Positions 1 through 8,192 of a DNA stretch of 64,000 nt are shown one piece after another. The notes under the pieces are model-generated. The model did no database searches and was not told the origin of the DNA. It worked only from the letters and a program-made list of their open reading frames with translations. Both the position numbers and the translations under genes were made by a program. Source of the stretch: Longimicrobiales bacterium (lineage in GTDB: Bacteria > Gemmatimonadota > Gemmatimonadetes > Longimicrobiales > Gaopeijiaceae); NCBI GenBank assembly GCA_963422615.1, contig OY730414.1, positions 2,464,302-2,528,301 of the forward strand, in the 5' to 3' direction. Each line of letters starts with the position of its first letter. Position 1 is the first letter of the stretch.

Positions 1-284
1 TCGGCCGGCAGGTTCGCGCGCAGCCGTTCCGCGAACCGCGTGGCCTGATCGACCACCGCGCGCCGATCGACGACATAGACCAGCCGGCGCGGCAGGCGCG
101 TGCCCTCCCCGAGCGCGATCAGCCACAACGCCATGACGGAGGTCTTGCCAAGACCGGTGGGCACATCAACAGCAGCGGGCAAATCAGCATCGATGAAGCG
201 GCGGAGCAAGCGCCTTTGCCAGCGGAACGGCGCATGCCCTGGTCGTCCTTCTTCCCAGGTCAGACACTCGAAGACGGCGTCCAA
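1..284 (-). CDS. cas3: Type I-G (I-U) CRISPR-associated helicase/nuclease Cas3, N-terminal part (continues beyond left edge)
   Basis: Hand translation of minus strand from 299: LDKNRLDAVFECLTWEEGRPGHAPFRWQRRLLRRFIDADLPAAVDVPTGLGKTSVMALWLIALGEGTRLPRRLVYVVDRRAVVDQATRFAERLRANLPA. The PFxWQ Q-motif, PTGLGKT Walker A and PRRLVYVVDRRAVVDQA at the very N-terminus (no HD domain first) are typical of I-G Cas3. First canonical in-frame start is TTG at 284. Confidence 0.9.
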   Translation of the reverse strand, partial: MDAVFECLTWEEGRPGHAPFRWQRRLLRRFIDADLPAAVDVPTGLGKTSVMALWLIALGEGTRLPRRLVYVVDRRAVVDQATRFAERLRANLPA

Positions 285-306
285 TCGGTTCTTGTCTAAG
301 ACAGGA

Positions 307-348
307 CTCCTTTCCGTATAGTATACTTCTCTTATGGCTTGGTGTCTC
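307..348 (-). promoter_or_regulatory. Putative sigma70 promoter and Shine-Dalgarno for cas3
   Basis: Minus strand GAGACA (348-343), 17-nt spacer, TATACT (325-320), then AAAGGAG (313-307). Confidence 0.55.
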
Positions 349-380
349 GGCTTCCGGGCGATTCGCATGGAGGCTGAAAC
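344..380. repeat. 37-nt imperfect inverted repeat between cas3 and the divergent hydrolase gene
   Basis: GTCTCGGCTTCC-GGGCGATTCGCAT-GGAGGCTGAAAC; the arms pair with two G-U wobbles and one mismatch; single copy. Confidence 0.45.
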
Positions 381-436
381 TAGACCAACCCCCCAAGAGC
401 TAACCAACTTCCGTCCCCGATGACAGGAACCTAAGC

Positions 437-2152
437 ATGAAACGCACCGCCCTCGTCGCCCTCGCGACCACCACCCTTTTCGCATGCATCGATGCCGAAC
501 CCGACGATGCATCTTCCGCCCCGCGCGTTCCCCTTGCCCCCACCGCCGACGACGAACTGCCACCCGCAGTCATCGGCCAGGGCGGTCCGCTGCAAGGGCA
601 GGATCTGCGCTACGTGGACGGTGACACCCTTACGACCGGCTACCTCTCCGTGCCGGCCGGAGAGGGGCCGTTCCCGGCGCTGGTCATCATTCACGAGTGG
701 AACGGACTCCAGGAGCGGGTCCGGCAGCTCGCCGACGACTTTGCCGCCGAGGGCTACGTGACGCTCGCCGCGGACCTCTTCCAGGGGCGTACGGGCGCCA
801 ACCCCACCGAGAACATGGCGCTGGTGCAAGAAGCACAGGAGGATCCCGCCGCCATGATCGCGAACCTGAACGCGGCAGTCGCCTACCTTAAAGTCCGGCC
901 GGACGTCACCGGCCGCATCGGAGCCATGGGTTGGTGTTTCGGCGGTGGTGTCGCCCTGTCCTTCGGCCTCGACGGTGCAAACCACGAGGCCACCGCCATC
1001 TTCTACGGCCGTCTCGTAGACGACCCGGAGGTGGTCGCGGCGCTGGACCATGAGGTCTACGGAACTTTTGCCGCCCTGGACCGGGGTCCGTCTCCTGAAT
1101 CTGTCGCCGCATTCGAAGCCGCTCTTCGGGCCGCCGGCATCCAGAACGACCTTCACATCTACGATGAGGTGAATCACGGCTTCTGGCTCCGGGTGGACGG
1201 CGACCCCGCGGTCCGAACCGGTCCCGCTACCGACGCTTGGCAACGCCTCAAGTCGTACCTGCGCCGGACGCTGGGGGAATCGAACCCCGGGAGCGGAACC
1301 GAACCCCAAGCATACTCCCTCTTCGGCGAAGCCCTGTACGAGATGGAGGATACGACTGGCGCGGTAGCCGGAGCCGACGCCGCCCTCTCCGCCGCCCCGG
1401 ACCAGGTGGAGCTCCTGATCGAGGCAGGCCGCGTGCGTCGGAACTTCTGGCAGTACCGGCAAGCAATCGAACTGTACACGCGGGCCGCGGAGTTGGCGCC
1501 GGAGGACTGGCGGCCTCGCCGCTTCCGGGGGCACCGCTACATCTCCTTGCGGCAATTCGACGACGCGGTCGCGGATCTGGAGGCAGCCCGCGATCGGGCA
1601 CCCACGAACTGGGACGTAGCCTACCACCTGGGTCTGGCCTACTTTCTGGCCGGGCGCTTCAACGATGCCGCCGACGAGTACCTTCGCTGCCTGGAGGGTG
1701 CCGGAAGCGAAGTACCCCTCGCAGCGGAGGCCCAAACCCCGGATTTCCGAAGCTGTTCCCGGAACGAGGACGACGCCGAGTCCACCGTGGCCATGGTGGA
1801 ATGGGCCGTTCGCGCGACCCTGCGAGCCGGGCGGACGGACGAAGCAGAAGCCCTTCTGAACCGGATCGGTCCCGAAATGCCAGTGGAGGAAAACGTGGCT
1901 TACTACCACGATCTTCTCTTCTACAAGGGACTGAAGACGGAGGAAGCGTTGCTCAATCCGGGTGAGGACGCACCCTATCGTTTCGAGACCGTGGGGTACG
2001 GAGTCGCCAACTGGCACATCGCCCAGGGGGACACCGCCCGCGCCACCGCCCTCTTGGAGGAGCTGATCAAGGACCCGTGGTGGCCCGGCTTTGGCCGCAT
2101 CGCCGCCGAGGTGGAGCTGGCCCGGATTCGGGGAGTGACCCAGGCGCGCTGA
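437..2152 (+). CDS. Lipoprotein: dienelactone hydrolase family domain fused to C-terminal TPR domain
   Basis: Lipobox LFAC; IIHEWNG, GWCFGG (nucleophile Cys) and NHGF motifs; C-terminal helical TPR-like repeats (AIELYTRAAELAPED, YHLGLAYFLAGRF). Confidence 0.85.
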   Translation: MKRTALVALATTTLFACIDAEPDDASSAPRVPLAPTADDELPPAVIGQGGPLQGQDLRYVDGDTLTTGYLSVPAGEGPFPALVIIHEWNGLQERVRQLADDFAAEGYVTLAADLFQGRTGANPTENMALVQEAQEDPAAMIANLNAAVAYLKVRPDVTGRIGAMGWCFGGGVALSFGLDGANHEATAIFYGRLVDDPEVVAALDHEVYGTFAALDRGPSPESVAAFEAALRAAGIQNDLHIYDEVNHGFWLRVDGDPAVRTGPATDAWQRLKSYLRRTLGESNPGSGTEPQAYSLFGEALYEMEDTTGAVAGADAALSAAPDQVELLIEAGRVRRNFWQYRQAIELYTRAAELAPEDWRPRRFRGHRYISLRQFDDAVADLEAARDRAPTNWDVAYHLGLAYFLAGRFNDAADEYLRCLEGAGSEVPLAAEAQTPDFRSCSRNEDDAESTVAMVEWAVRATLRAGRTDEAEALLNRIGPEMPVEENVAYYHDLLFYKGLKTEEALLNPGEDAPYRFETVGYGVANWHIAQGDTARATALLEELIKDPWWPGFGRIAAEVELARIRGVTQAR

Positions 2153-2389
2153 CCTTGCCTGACTGTCCAAGAACGGTGACGCCACCTGTCCGAAGACGTG
2201 GAGGATGAGCACGCCGAAAAGTTGGGCCTTCGTCGCCCCAAGTGCGGGCAGTGGCCGAAATCCTCCCTCCAGACCGCGGTCCTGCTGCGCGCACGATCAC
2301 GATCCCGCTGGCCTGACCTGGCACAGGGGATTCCCGGGGGGATCGGCAGCAGCGGGCTCGCCGCTCCTGCCGCCTGCCTCCTGCCGCGC

Positions 2390-2405
2390 GGGCACGACCC
2401 TTGCA
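2390..2405 (+). promoter_or_regulatory. Sigma54 (-24/-12) promoter
   Basis: GGGCACGACCCTTGCA: GG-N10-GC with GGCACG and TTGCA, ~85 nt upstream of the OMP gene. Confidence 0.75.
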
Positions 2406-2489
2406 TCTGGAGACGGCGAGTCGGGCAAAGCACATTATAAATGAGAACCTGGAAGAAACGTCATCCGTTTTTCATCGTTGGGAGAGGGC

Positions 2490-3308
2490 ATGGACAGGAA
2501 ACCAGAAAGAACAACGAGCCAACGACCGGGCAAGTGGATCGGAACCGGGCCCCTCTTTGCGGGAATCGTCGGTCTGGCCGCCGCTCTGCCCGGGTTGTCG
2601 GACGGGGCCAAGCTGGCGGCCCAGTCGGATTCCGATTTTCTCTTCAGCACGCCTCAAGCTTCGTTGGCGTTCCGAGTGGGCTACAGCCTTCCCCGGGCAG
2701 GAGAGGGCAAGGGCACCCAGAGCCTCTGGGATCTCACCCGAGAGCAGCTCACAATAAACACCGCAGACTTCGGCGGCGTCTCCCTGTCTGGTGAGCTCGG
2801 AATCCGAACCACGGAGCGGTTGGATGTGGCGGTTACGCTCGGATACACCCTTGCAGAAACCACTTCCGAGTTCCGCGACTGGGTGGACGAGAACGATTTC
2901 CCGATTGAGCAGGTCACCGAATTTTCCACTCTCCCCCTGACCCTGGGGATCAAGGCATACCTGCTGAAACGGGGTCGGTCGGTGGGGCGATTCGCCTGGA
3001 TTCCTCGCACCTGGAACCCCTACGCAGGCATCGCCGGCGGACTCGTTTGGTATCGGTTCGAACAATTCGGCGACTTCGTGGACTTCGATACCTGGGACAT
3101 CTTCACAGACAACTTCCGCTCGAAGGGCAGGGCGCCTACCCTACATTTGCTCGGCGGAGTTGACATGAGCCTCAACGGTCGCTTTATGTTGACCGGTGAA
3201 GCCCGGTACGGTTTCGCGAGCGCCCCGCTTGACGCAGATTTCGTAGGCTTCCCCGATCTGGACCTTGCGGGCTTCCAGGCCACGGCCGGGATTGCGGTCA
3301 GGTTCTGA
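2490..3308 (+). CDS. Outer-membrane beta-barrel protein
   Basis: Signal-like N-terminus, amphipathic beta strands (PYAGIAGGLVWY, LTGEARY), C-terminal AGIAVRF with terminal Phe; GGAGAGG before the ATG. Confidence 0.8.
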   Translation: MDRKPERTTSQRPGKWIGTGPLFAGIVGLAAALPGLSDGAKLAAQSDSDFLFSTPQASLAFRVGYSLPRAGEGKGTQSLWDLTREQLTINTADFGGVSLSGELGIRTTERLDVAVTLGYTLAETTSEFRDWVDENDFPIEQVTEFSTLPLTLGIKAYLLKRGRSVGRFAWIPRTWNPYAGIAGGLVWYRFEQFGDFVDFDTWDIFTDNFRSKGRAPTLHLLGGVDMSLNGRFMLTGEARYGFASAPLDADFVGFPDLDLAGFQATAGIAVRF

Positions 3309-3420
3309 TCACAAGGGCGAAGGCGGAGGGAACGCCGATACGCCGGAACGACAACGGATGGAACGCGCCAGATTGATAGATGCACGGAGACGACGAATGA
3401 ACCGCGAAAGGGAAATTCCC

Positions 3421-4647
3421 ATGGCCAAGAAGAGAACGAGCATCGCCCTAATGACCGGCCTGAGTGTGGCTGCGGTCCTCGCCGCCATGCCAGATGGCAG
3501 CCCAGCCCAGGAAACGGCGACGGGCTGGCAGCCCTACCTGGGGTGCTGGGAACCCCAGGGAACGGAACTGGACGAAGGCGTCTTGTGCTTTGTCGCCGAC
3601 GGTGGCTCCGTGGAGATGCTGACCGTGCTGAACGGTGCCGTCGCGTACCGGGAGCCGTTCCTGGCGGACGGGACCCCGCGCAGGGTCGAACAGGAAGGTT
3701 GCGAAGGCACGGAATCGGCGCAGTTTTCCAATGACATGCAGCGCCTGTACACGGTCTCGGACGTTGCCTGTGACGGACAACCCTCCCGCCGGAGCACGGG
3801 AATCATCTCCATGCCCGAACCTGGACACTGGCTTGACGTGCGGGCCATGGAAGCGGATGGCGGGACCACGGCTTGGTCCCGGTGGTACCAGCGGGCAGAA
3901 CCCGGCGTTCTCCGGGAGCTGGGAATCACCACGGGTGCGGAGTCGATTCCCTTTTCTGCCAGAGGTGCCGTCGCCTATGCAACCGCTCCCATAACCATAG
4001 AAGACGTCATCGACGCTTCTCGACATGTCTCCGACCGCGCGGTCCAAGCTTGGATCGTCGAGACGGGACAGGAATTCCGGAACTTGGCAGCCGATGACTT
4101 GATTCGCCTTGAAGACGCCGGTGTGGGGGCCGAAGTCATTGATGTCGTGGTCGCAGTGTCCTTCCCCGAGCAGTTCGCCCTGGGCCGGGACAATGTTCGC
4201 GAAAGCATGGATGCCGATCGGCGCCGGGGCGTGCGGAGCGTCTGGCTTCGTCCCTTCGGCGGCTACTACAACGACCCCTTCTACTACGGCTACTCCCCTC
4301 GCCTGGGGTACGGATATGGTTGGTATGGCTACGGCGGATACAATGGTTGGTGGTCCGGGGTTTACCGACCCGTCACTGTTGGCGTGACCCGGGTGGGCCC
4401 ATCCGACAGCGGTGGCCGGGTGGTCGCGGGGCGGGGATACACGCGGCGGGGCGGTCAGGCATCAACCGACCCCTCGTCGGGGACCGCCCGATCCTATCCT
4501 AGAGCTCCCAAGGGATCGGGGCGTTCTGCGGTGGGCACCCAAAGCGGAGGCAGCCGTGCCACCGTGGGCAGCACCGGCAGCAAAAGCCGTGGCTCGGCTT
4601 CTCGCGGGAGTACTGGCCGGAAAGCGAAGAAGCGAGGCGGACGCTGA
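3421..4647 (+). CDS. Secreted hypothetical protein with four Cys, a Gly/Tyr-rich segment and a Ser/Gly/Arg-rich tail
   Basis: Signal peptide ending SPA-QE; WQPYLGCWEP; YYGYSPRLGYGYGWYGYGGY; basic low-complexity C-terminus. Confidence 0.75.
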   Translation: MAKKRTSIALMTGLSVAAVLAAMPDGSPAQETATGWQPYLGCWEPQGTELDEGVLCFVADGGSVEMLTVLNGAVAYREPFLADGTPRRVEQEGCEGTESAQFSNDMQRLYTVSDVACDGQPSRRSTGIISMPEPGHWLDVRAMEADGGTTAWSRWYQRAEPGVLRELGITTGAESIPFSARGAVAYATAPITIEDVIDASRHVSDRAVQAWIVETGQEFRNLAADDLIRLEDAGVGAEVIDVVVAVSFPEQFALGRDNVRESMDADRRRGVRSVWLRPFGGYYNDPFYYGYSPRLGYGYGWYGYGGYNGWWSGVYRPVTVGVTRVGPSDSGGRVVAGRGYTRRGGQASTDPSSGTARSYPRAPKGSGRSAVGTQSGGSRATVGSTGSKSRGSASRGSTGRKAKKRGGR

Positions 4648-4699
4648 TTCTTCGGCGGACCTCGAACCCAGGGAGAGACTGAGCGCGGGATCCCGGGCC

Positions 4700-5422
4700 G
4701 TGAGCCCGTTCCTTCAACTGGAATCGGTCCAAGGGCTGTCGGATGCCTTGGCTTCCAGCCCCCTTCTTGCCCTGGGCATATTGTTCGGCGCCGGCGTGCT
4801 GACCAGTCTCACTCCCTGTGTGTACCCGATGATCCCCATCACGGCGGCGGCGATCTCGGGTACCGCAAGGGAGGGGCGGCCCTGGAGAACCGCCGGTCTC
4901 ACCGCGACCTACGTGGCAGGCATGGCCCTGCTCTACGCCTCCCTGGGCGTCCTGGCGGGTCTCACCGGCACCCTGTTCGGCACGGTGAGTGCCAGCCCCT
5001 GGGCGCTCTTCGCCACCGGGAATCTTCTCCTTGTCTTCGCCCTGGCCATGCTGGACGTGATTCCGGTCCCCGTGCCGCGCCGCCTGCTGGTGTGGGCCGG
5101 GCAAAAGGGGGGAGGATCCTACGGCGCCGTGTTTCTTCTCGGGGCCACCTCGGGGGTCGTGGCCGCCCCCTGTGGTGCCCCCGCCTTTGCCGCGGTCTTG
5201 ACGTGGGTCGCAACGACCCGGGCGGGACTTATGGGCTTCGCGTATCTTTTTGTGTTCTCCCTGGGGATGACCGCATTGCTGGCCGTGGTCGGCCTCTTCT
5301 CGGGGACCCTGACGCTGCTACCCAGATCCGGCAGGTGGATGCTGATGGTGAAGCGGGTGGCGGCGGTGATCATGCTGGGCGTCGCCGAATACTACTTCGT
5401 GAAGGCTGGCTTCAACTTATGA
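4700..5422 (+). CDS. ccdA: CcdA/DsbD-beta transmembrane electron transporter
   Basis: Multi-pass hydrophobic protein with SLTPCVYPMIP and AAPCGAP; GTG start at 4700 estimated. Confidence 0.85.
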   Translation: MSPFLQLESVQGLSDALASSPLLALGILFGAGVLTSLTPCVYPMIPITAAAISGTAREGRPWRTAGLTATYVAGMALLYASLGVLAGLTGTLFGTVSASPWALFATGNLLLVFALAMLDVIPVPVPRRLLVWAGQKGGGSYGAVFLLGATSGVVAAPCGAPAFAAVLTWVATTRAGLMGFAYLFVFSLGMTALLAVVGLFSGTLTLLPRSGRWMLMVKRVAAVIMLGVAEYYFVKAGFNL

Positions 5423-6138
5423 GCCCATCCTTGATCCTATTGAAAAATCGCCGACGGCCTTGGTCCATATCCGCCCTGGCCACGATTCCCGTGTCCTTCG
5501 TCCGGTTCGTCGGAGCCTTCTGTGCCGCCAGGGCACCCTTCGCCCTATTGCTATTGGTGGCAACCCTGACGCTGGGGGCTCCAGACTCTGTGGCCGGTCA
5601 GTCCGAAACGGGTGGGATCGGCCTGCCCGCAGGAACCCCCGCGCCGGATGTCCAAGTGGAAGACCTGGAGGGGAACCCGGTGTCGCTCCTGGATGTCCTG
5701 GGCGGAGGACCAGCGCTCCTGGAGTTCTGGGCTTCCTGGTGCGAACAGTGCGAAGCGCTTCAACCCCAGCTTGACCAGATTCGCCGTCGGTTTGCAGGGA
5801 AAATCACCGTGGTCGCCGTGGCCGTGGCTGTGGGTCAGTCCCGTCGCCGGGTTCGTCGCCATGTGGACGAGCACGCTCCCGCGTACCCGTACGTCTACGA
5901 CGCGTCCGGAGCGGCGGTCCGGGCCTACCAAGCGAGCACCACTTCCATCGTCGTCCTTGTGGACCGGGAGGGTCGGGTGGTGTCAACGGGCGTGGGAGCG
6001 GACCAGGACCTGGTTCGGGCCGTAGAAGCGCTGTTGGGGACCGATGGGGACGGCTCCGGAAGATCCACTACCGGGGAGCCACCTGGTGAAGAAAGGCTTC
6101 GTCAAGGAGGCGGGCCGATTGCAACCTCGGACGGGTGA
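5419..6138 (+). CDS. TlpA-family thiol-disulfide oxidoreductase
   Basis: LLEFWASWCEQC, APDVQVEDLEG, hydrophobic N-terminal segment; ATG overlaps the ccdA stop (ATGA). Confidence 0.85.
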   Translation: MSPSLILLKNRRRPWSISALATIPVSFVRFVGAFCAARAPFALLLLVATLTLGAPDSVAGQSETGGIGLPAGTPAPDVQVEDLEGNPVSLLDVLGGGPALLEFWASWCEQCEALQPQLDQIRRRFAGKITVVAVAVAVGQSRRRVRRHVDEHAPAYPYVYDASGAAVRAYQASTTSIVVLVDREGRVVSTGVGADQDLVRAVEALLGTDGDGSGRSTTGEPPGEERLRQGGGPIATSDG

Positions 6139-6196
6139 CCGCCGCCGTGGCCTCACCACTGATTCACCCGTCCGACCGTCCTGGAGCCCTCCTTCA

Positions 6197-6784
6197 CTAC
6201 GCACCCGGCTCCGGGGTCACCTCGTCAATGACGGCACCCAGCTCCTCGTAGGCCGCGGGATCCACCTGGTTGAAGCGGGGCATCACCTTCGCCACCCGCC
6301 CATCCGGCGCCACGACGATCACCGCCCTGCTGTCCACCATGTCGTTGTCCCTCAGAGTCCCTCCGAACGCGGTGTAGGAAGCGCCACCGTTCTCGGCGTC
6401 ACTGGCAAAGAGGAAGGGGAAATCTTCGTCCTTCAGCCAGGAGGCCAACGCTTCGGGTGAGTCGTTGGAGATCCCCAGCACCACCACGTTCCGGCCCTCG
6501 TTGAACAGCTCTGCGTACTGATCACGGTACGCTCTCATTTGGACCGTTCAGCCCCGCGTCCTGACCCGAAAGAAGAAGGCCAGGACTACGGTCTTGCCGC
6601 GATAGTCGCTCAACTTGACCTTGTCCCTGAGGACACCGTGGCGGGTGGCGCCCGTCAGCTCGATCTCAGGGGCAATGGCCCCTTCGCTGATCAGCCCGGC
6701 GCTCGGCTCTTGGGCTTCCGTGCTACCCGGCGAAGCCGCCAAAGCGGCGGCAAACACCAGACCCAATGGAACGAGTCGCTGCAT
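6197..6784 (-). CDS. Exported peroxiredoxin-like (AhpC/TSA, BCP-like) selenoprotein, Sec at codon 79
   Basis: The ORF ending at TGA 6550-6548 and ORF 6197..6538 are in one frame, reading KLSDYRGKTVVLAFFFRVRTRG-U-TVQMRAYRDQY...VLGISNDS...SRAVIVVAPDG. UGA sits at the peroxidatic TxxC position. N-terminal signal peptide. Confidence 0.88.
6513..6532 (-). promoter_or_regulatory. Bacterial SECIS-like hairpin
   Basis: GCGUAC-CGUGAUCA-GUACGC starting 15 nt after the UGA; perfect 6-bp stem with G at the second loop position. Confidence 0.7.
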
Positions 6785-6891
6785 TTTGCATCTTCTCCCG
6801 ATTATCGGCCGGGGGAACCATATCGGCACCGTCCCGGCCTGGTTCGACATGGTCTTCGAGTTCCGGCGTCTGTCCCGCCGGCGCTGTCCCT

Positions 6892-7797
6892 TCATTTCGC
6901 CTTCGCGATGGCCGCCTGAATCGCTTCCACCGTCTGGTCCACGCGGAAAGCGAGAAGCTTCCTGCCCGTCTCGATGGCCGCTTCTTTGTCTGCAATGCTC
7001 AGGCCGTTGATGGATGCTTTTCCAGCGGCGACCCGTTGGCTGTAACGGACCGATTCCGGATTCTCGACCATCATGATGGTGGTGATGACGAAGTCGTCGT
7101 GGAAACCGTCGTTTTTTGTTTCGCGGATCCCCAGCTCCCGCTCCATCCAGTCGTGTACTTCCCGATACCGGTAGAACTCGGGGATGTAGTGGGCCCTTGC
7201 GCTGCCGGACCAGCGTTCGTTGAGGACGTCCGCCACCGCCGCCATACCGGCTTGGTTCCCCCCGCTGTCTCCGATGAAAACAACGTCGGTGAAGCCGTGG
7301 GCCCGGAGGCTGCTCGCCACATCGTCCAGCACGGCCCGGTACGTTTCCTCCCGCAGGCTGATGGTGCCGGGGTAGCGCATATGGCCTGTCGGATTGTCGA
7401 TGTCCCCTTCGGGCACCAGCTTCACAATGGGAGCACACAAGGCGTTCCCAAGCTTCCTCGCGATTCCCTCGCACGCTCCTTCCAGAACGTAGTTGTGCTT
7501 CCCCGTCGCCAGGTAGGGACCGTTCTGCTCGATGCCGCCCGTAGAAAGAATCGCCGTGGTCTTCCCTTCCCGAAGCGCATCCCGAACCTCCATCCAGGTG
7601 AGCTCCTCGATCCACACCGAATTGAGGACCTCGATGGGACGCTCCATTCTCATGTCGGCCAACAGGGCCTCCGCCTGCCGGACCTGCATCTCCGCCCGCC
7701 GTTCGGGATTGGCTAGGCGTACCTCCTGCGCCTGGACCGGCGGCGCCACCCCCGCCAGCAGAAAGACGGCTGCCGCCAAGCTCCGAACATTCGTCAT
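6892..7797 (-). CDS. Secreted creatininase-family amidohydrolase
   Basis: EELTWMEVRDAL, TGGIEQNGPYL, YPGTISL, SLRAHGF, GDSGGN; signal peptide ending VQA-QE. Confidence 0.85.
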   Translation of the reverse strand: MTNVRSLAAAVFLLAGVAPPVQAQEVRLANPERRAEMQVRQAEALLADMRMERPIEVLNSVWIEELTWMEVRDALREGKTTAILSTGGIEQNGPYLATGKHNYVLEGACEGIARKLGNALCAPIVKLVPEGDIDNPTGHMRYPGTISLREETYRAVLDDVASSLRAHGFTDVVFIGDSGGNQAGMAAVADVLNERWSGSARAHYIPEFYRYREVHDWMERELGIRETKNDGFHDDFVITTIMMVENPESVRYSQRVAAGKASINGLSIADKEAAIETGRKLLAFRVDQTVEAIQAAIAKAK

Positions 7798-7942
7798 GAC
7801 ATAACTCCGCTTATCGAGTTGCGGGATTCGTCCCGGTCCGCCGCCCATCATTGTAACGCAGGGGGGACTTCGGGGCGACCGCTTGGACCGCCGGAAGTAC
7901 CCGGTCTCCGTGGCTGCTCCACCATGGATTCGGTACAGTCAG

Positions 7943-8146
7943 GGGGTCTCGGGTACCCCTAGGTCCCTGAGGTTGCCTGCGGTGGTTGCCGTCCCGTTGG
8001 CAAGCCGCCAGCCCCGCCTGTTTACAGATGATGCCGGCGACAGTGATGTTCGGCGGCCTCACCAGCCCTACCCCCACCTGGAAGTCCGGGTGCGAATGCA
8101 GGACGACAGGGAACCAACGGATGGATCGCGAGTACGATCCTTTTAG
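7943..8146 (+). pseudogene. Collapsed relic of a paralogue of the downstream beta-propeller lipoprotein
   Basis: Three collinear fragments match the intact gene: GVSGTPRSLRLPAVVAV vs GVDSGPKKIGFGAVVAV; ATGTTCGGCGGCCTCACC identical at 8046-8063 and 8547-8564; 8060-8088 vs 9390-9418 at 26/29 nt (HQPYPHLEVR vs HEPYPRLEVR). Confidence 0.7.
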
Positions 8147-8192
8147 TACTGCCTGCCCAACGGTGACAGGAAGACGAGTTGTGACGCGACCG

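Noticed and set aside
431..2212. Long antisense ORFs (also 11880..13655, 15753..17234, 36479..38239, 45753..47516, 52236..54164)
   Set aside because: Shadow frames of well-supported genes in high-GC DNA, with no motifs.
6548..7615. 355-aa ORF
   Set aside because: Only the last 78 codons are real (selenoprotein N-terminus); the rest is an alternate frame of the creatininase gene and the intergenic gap.
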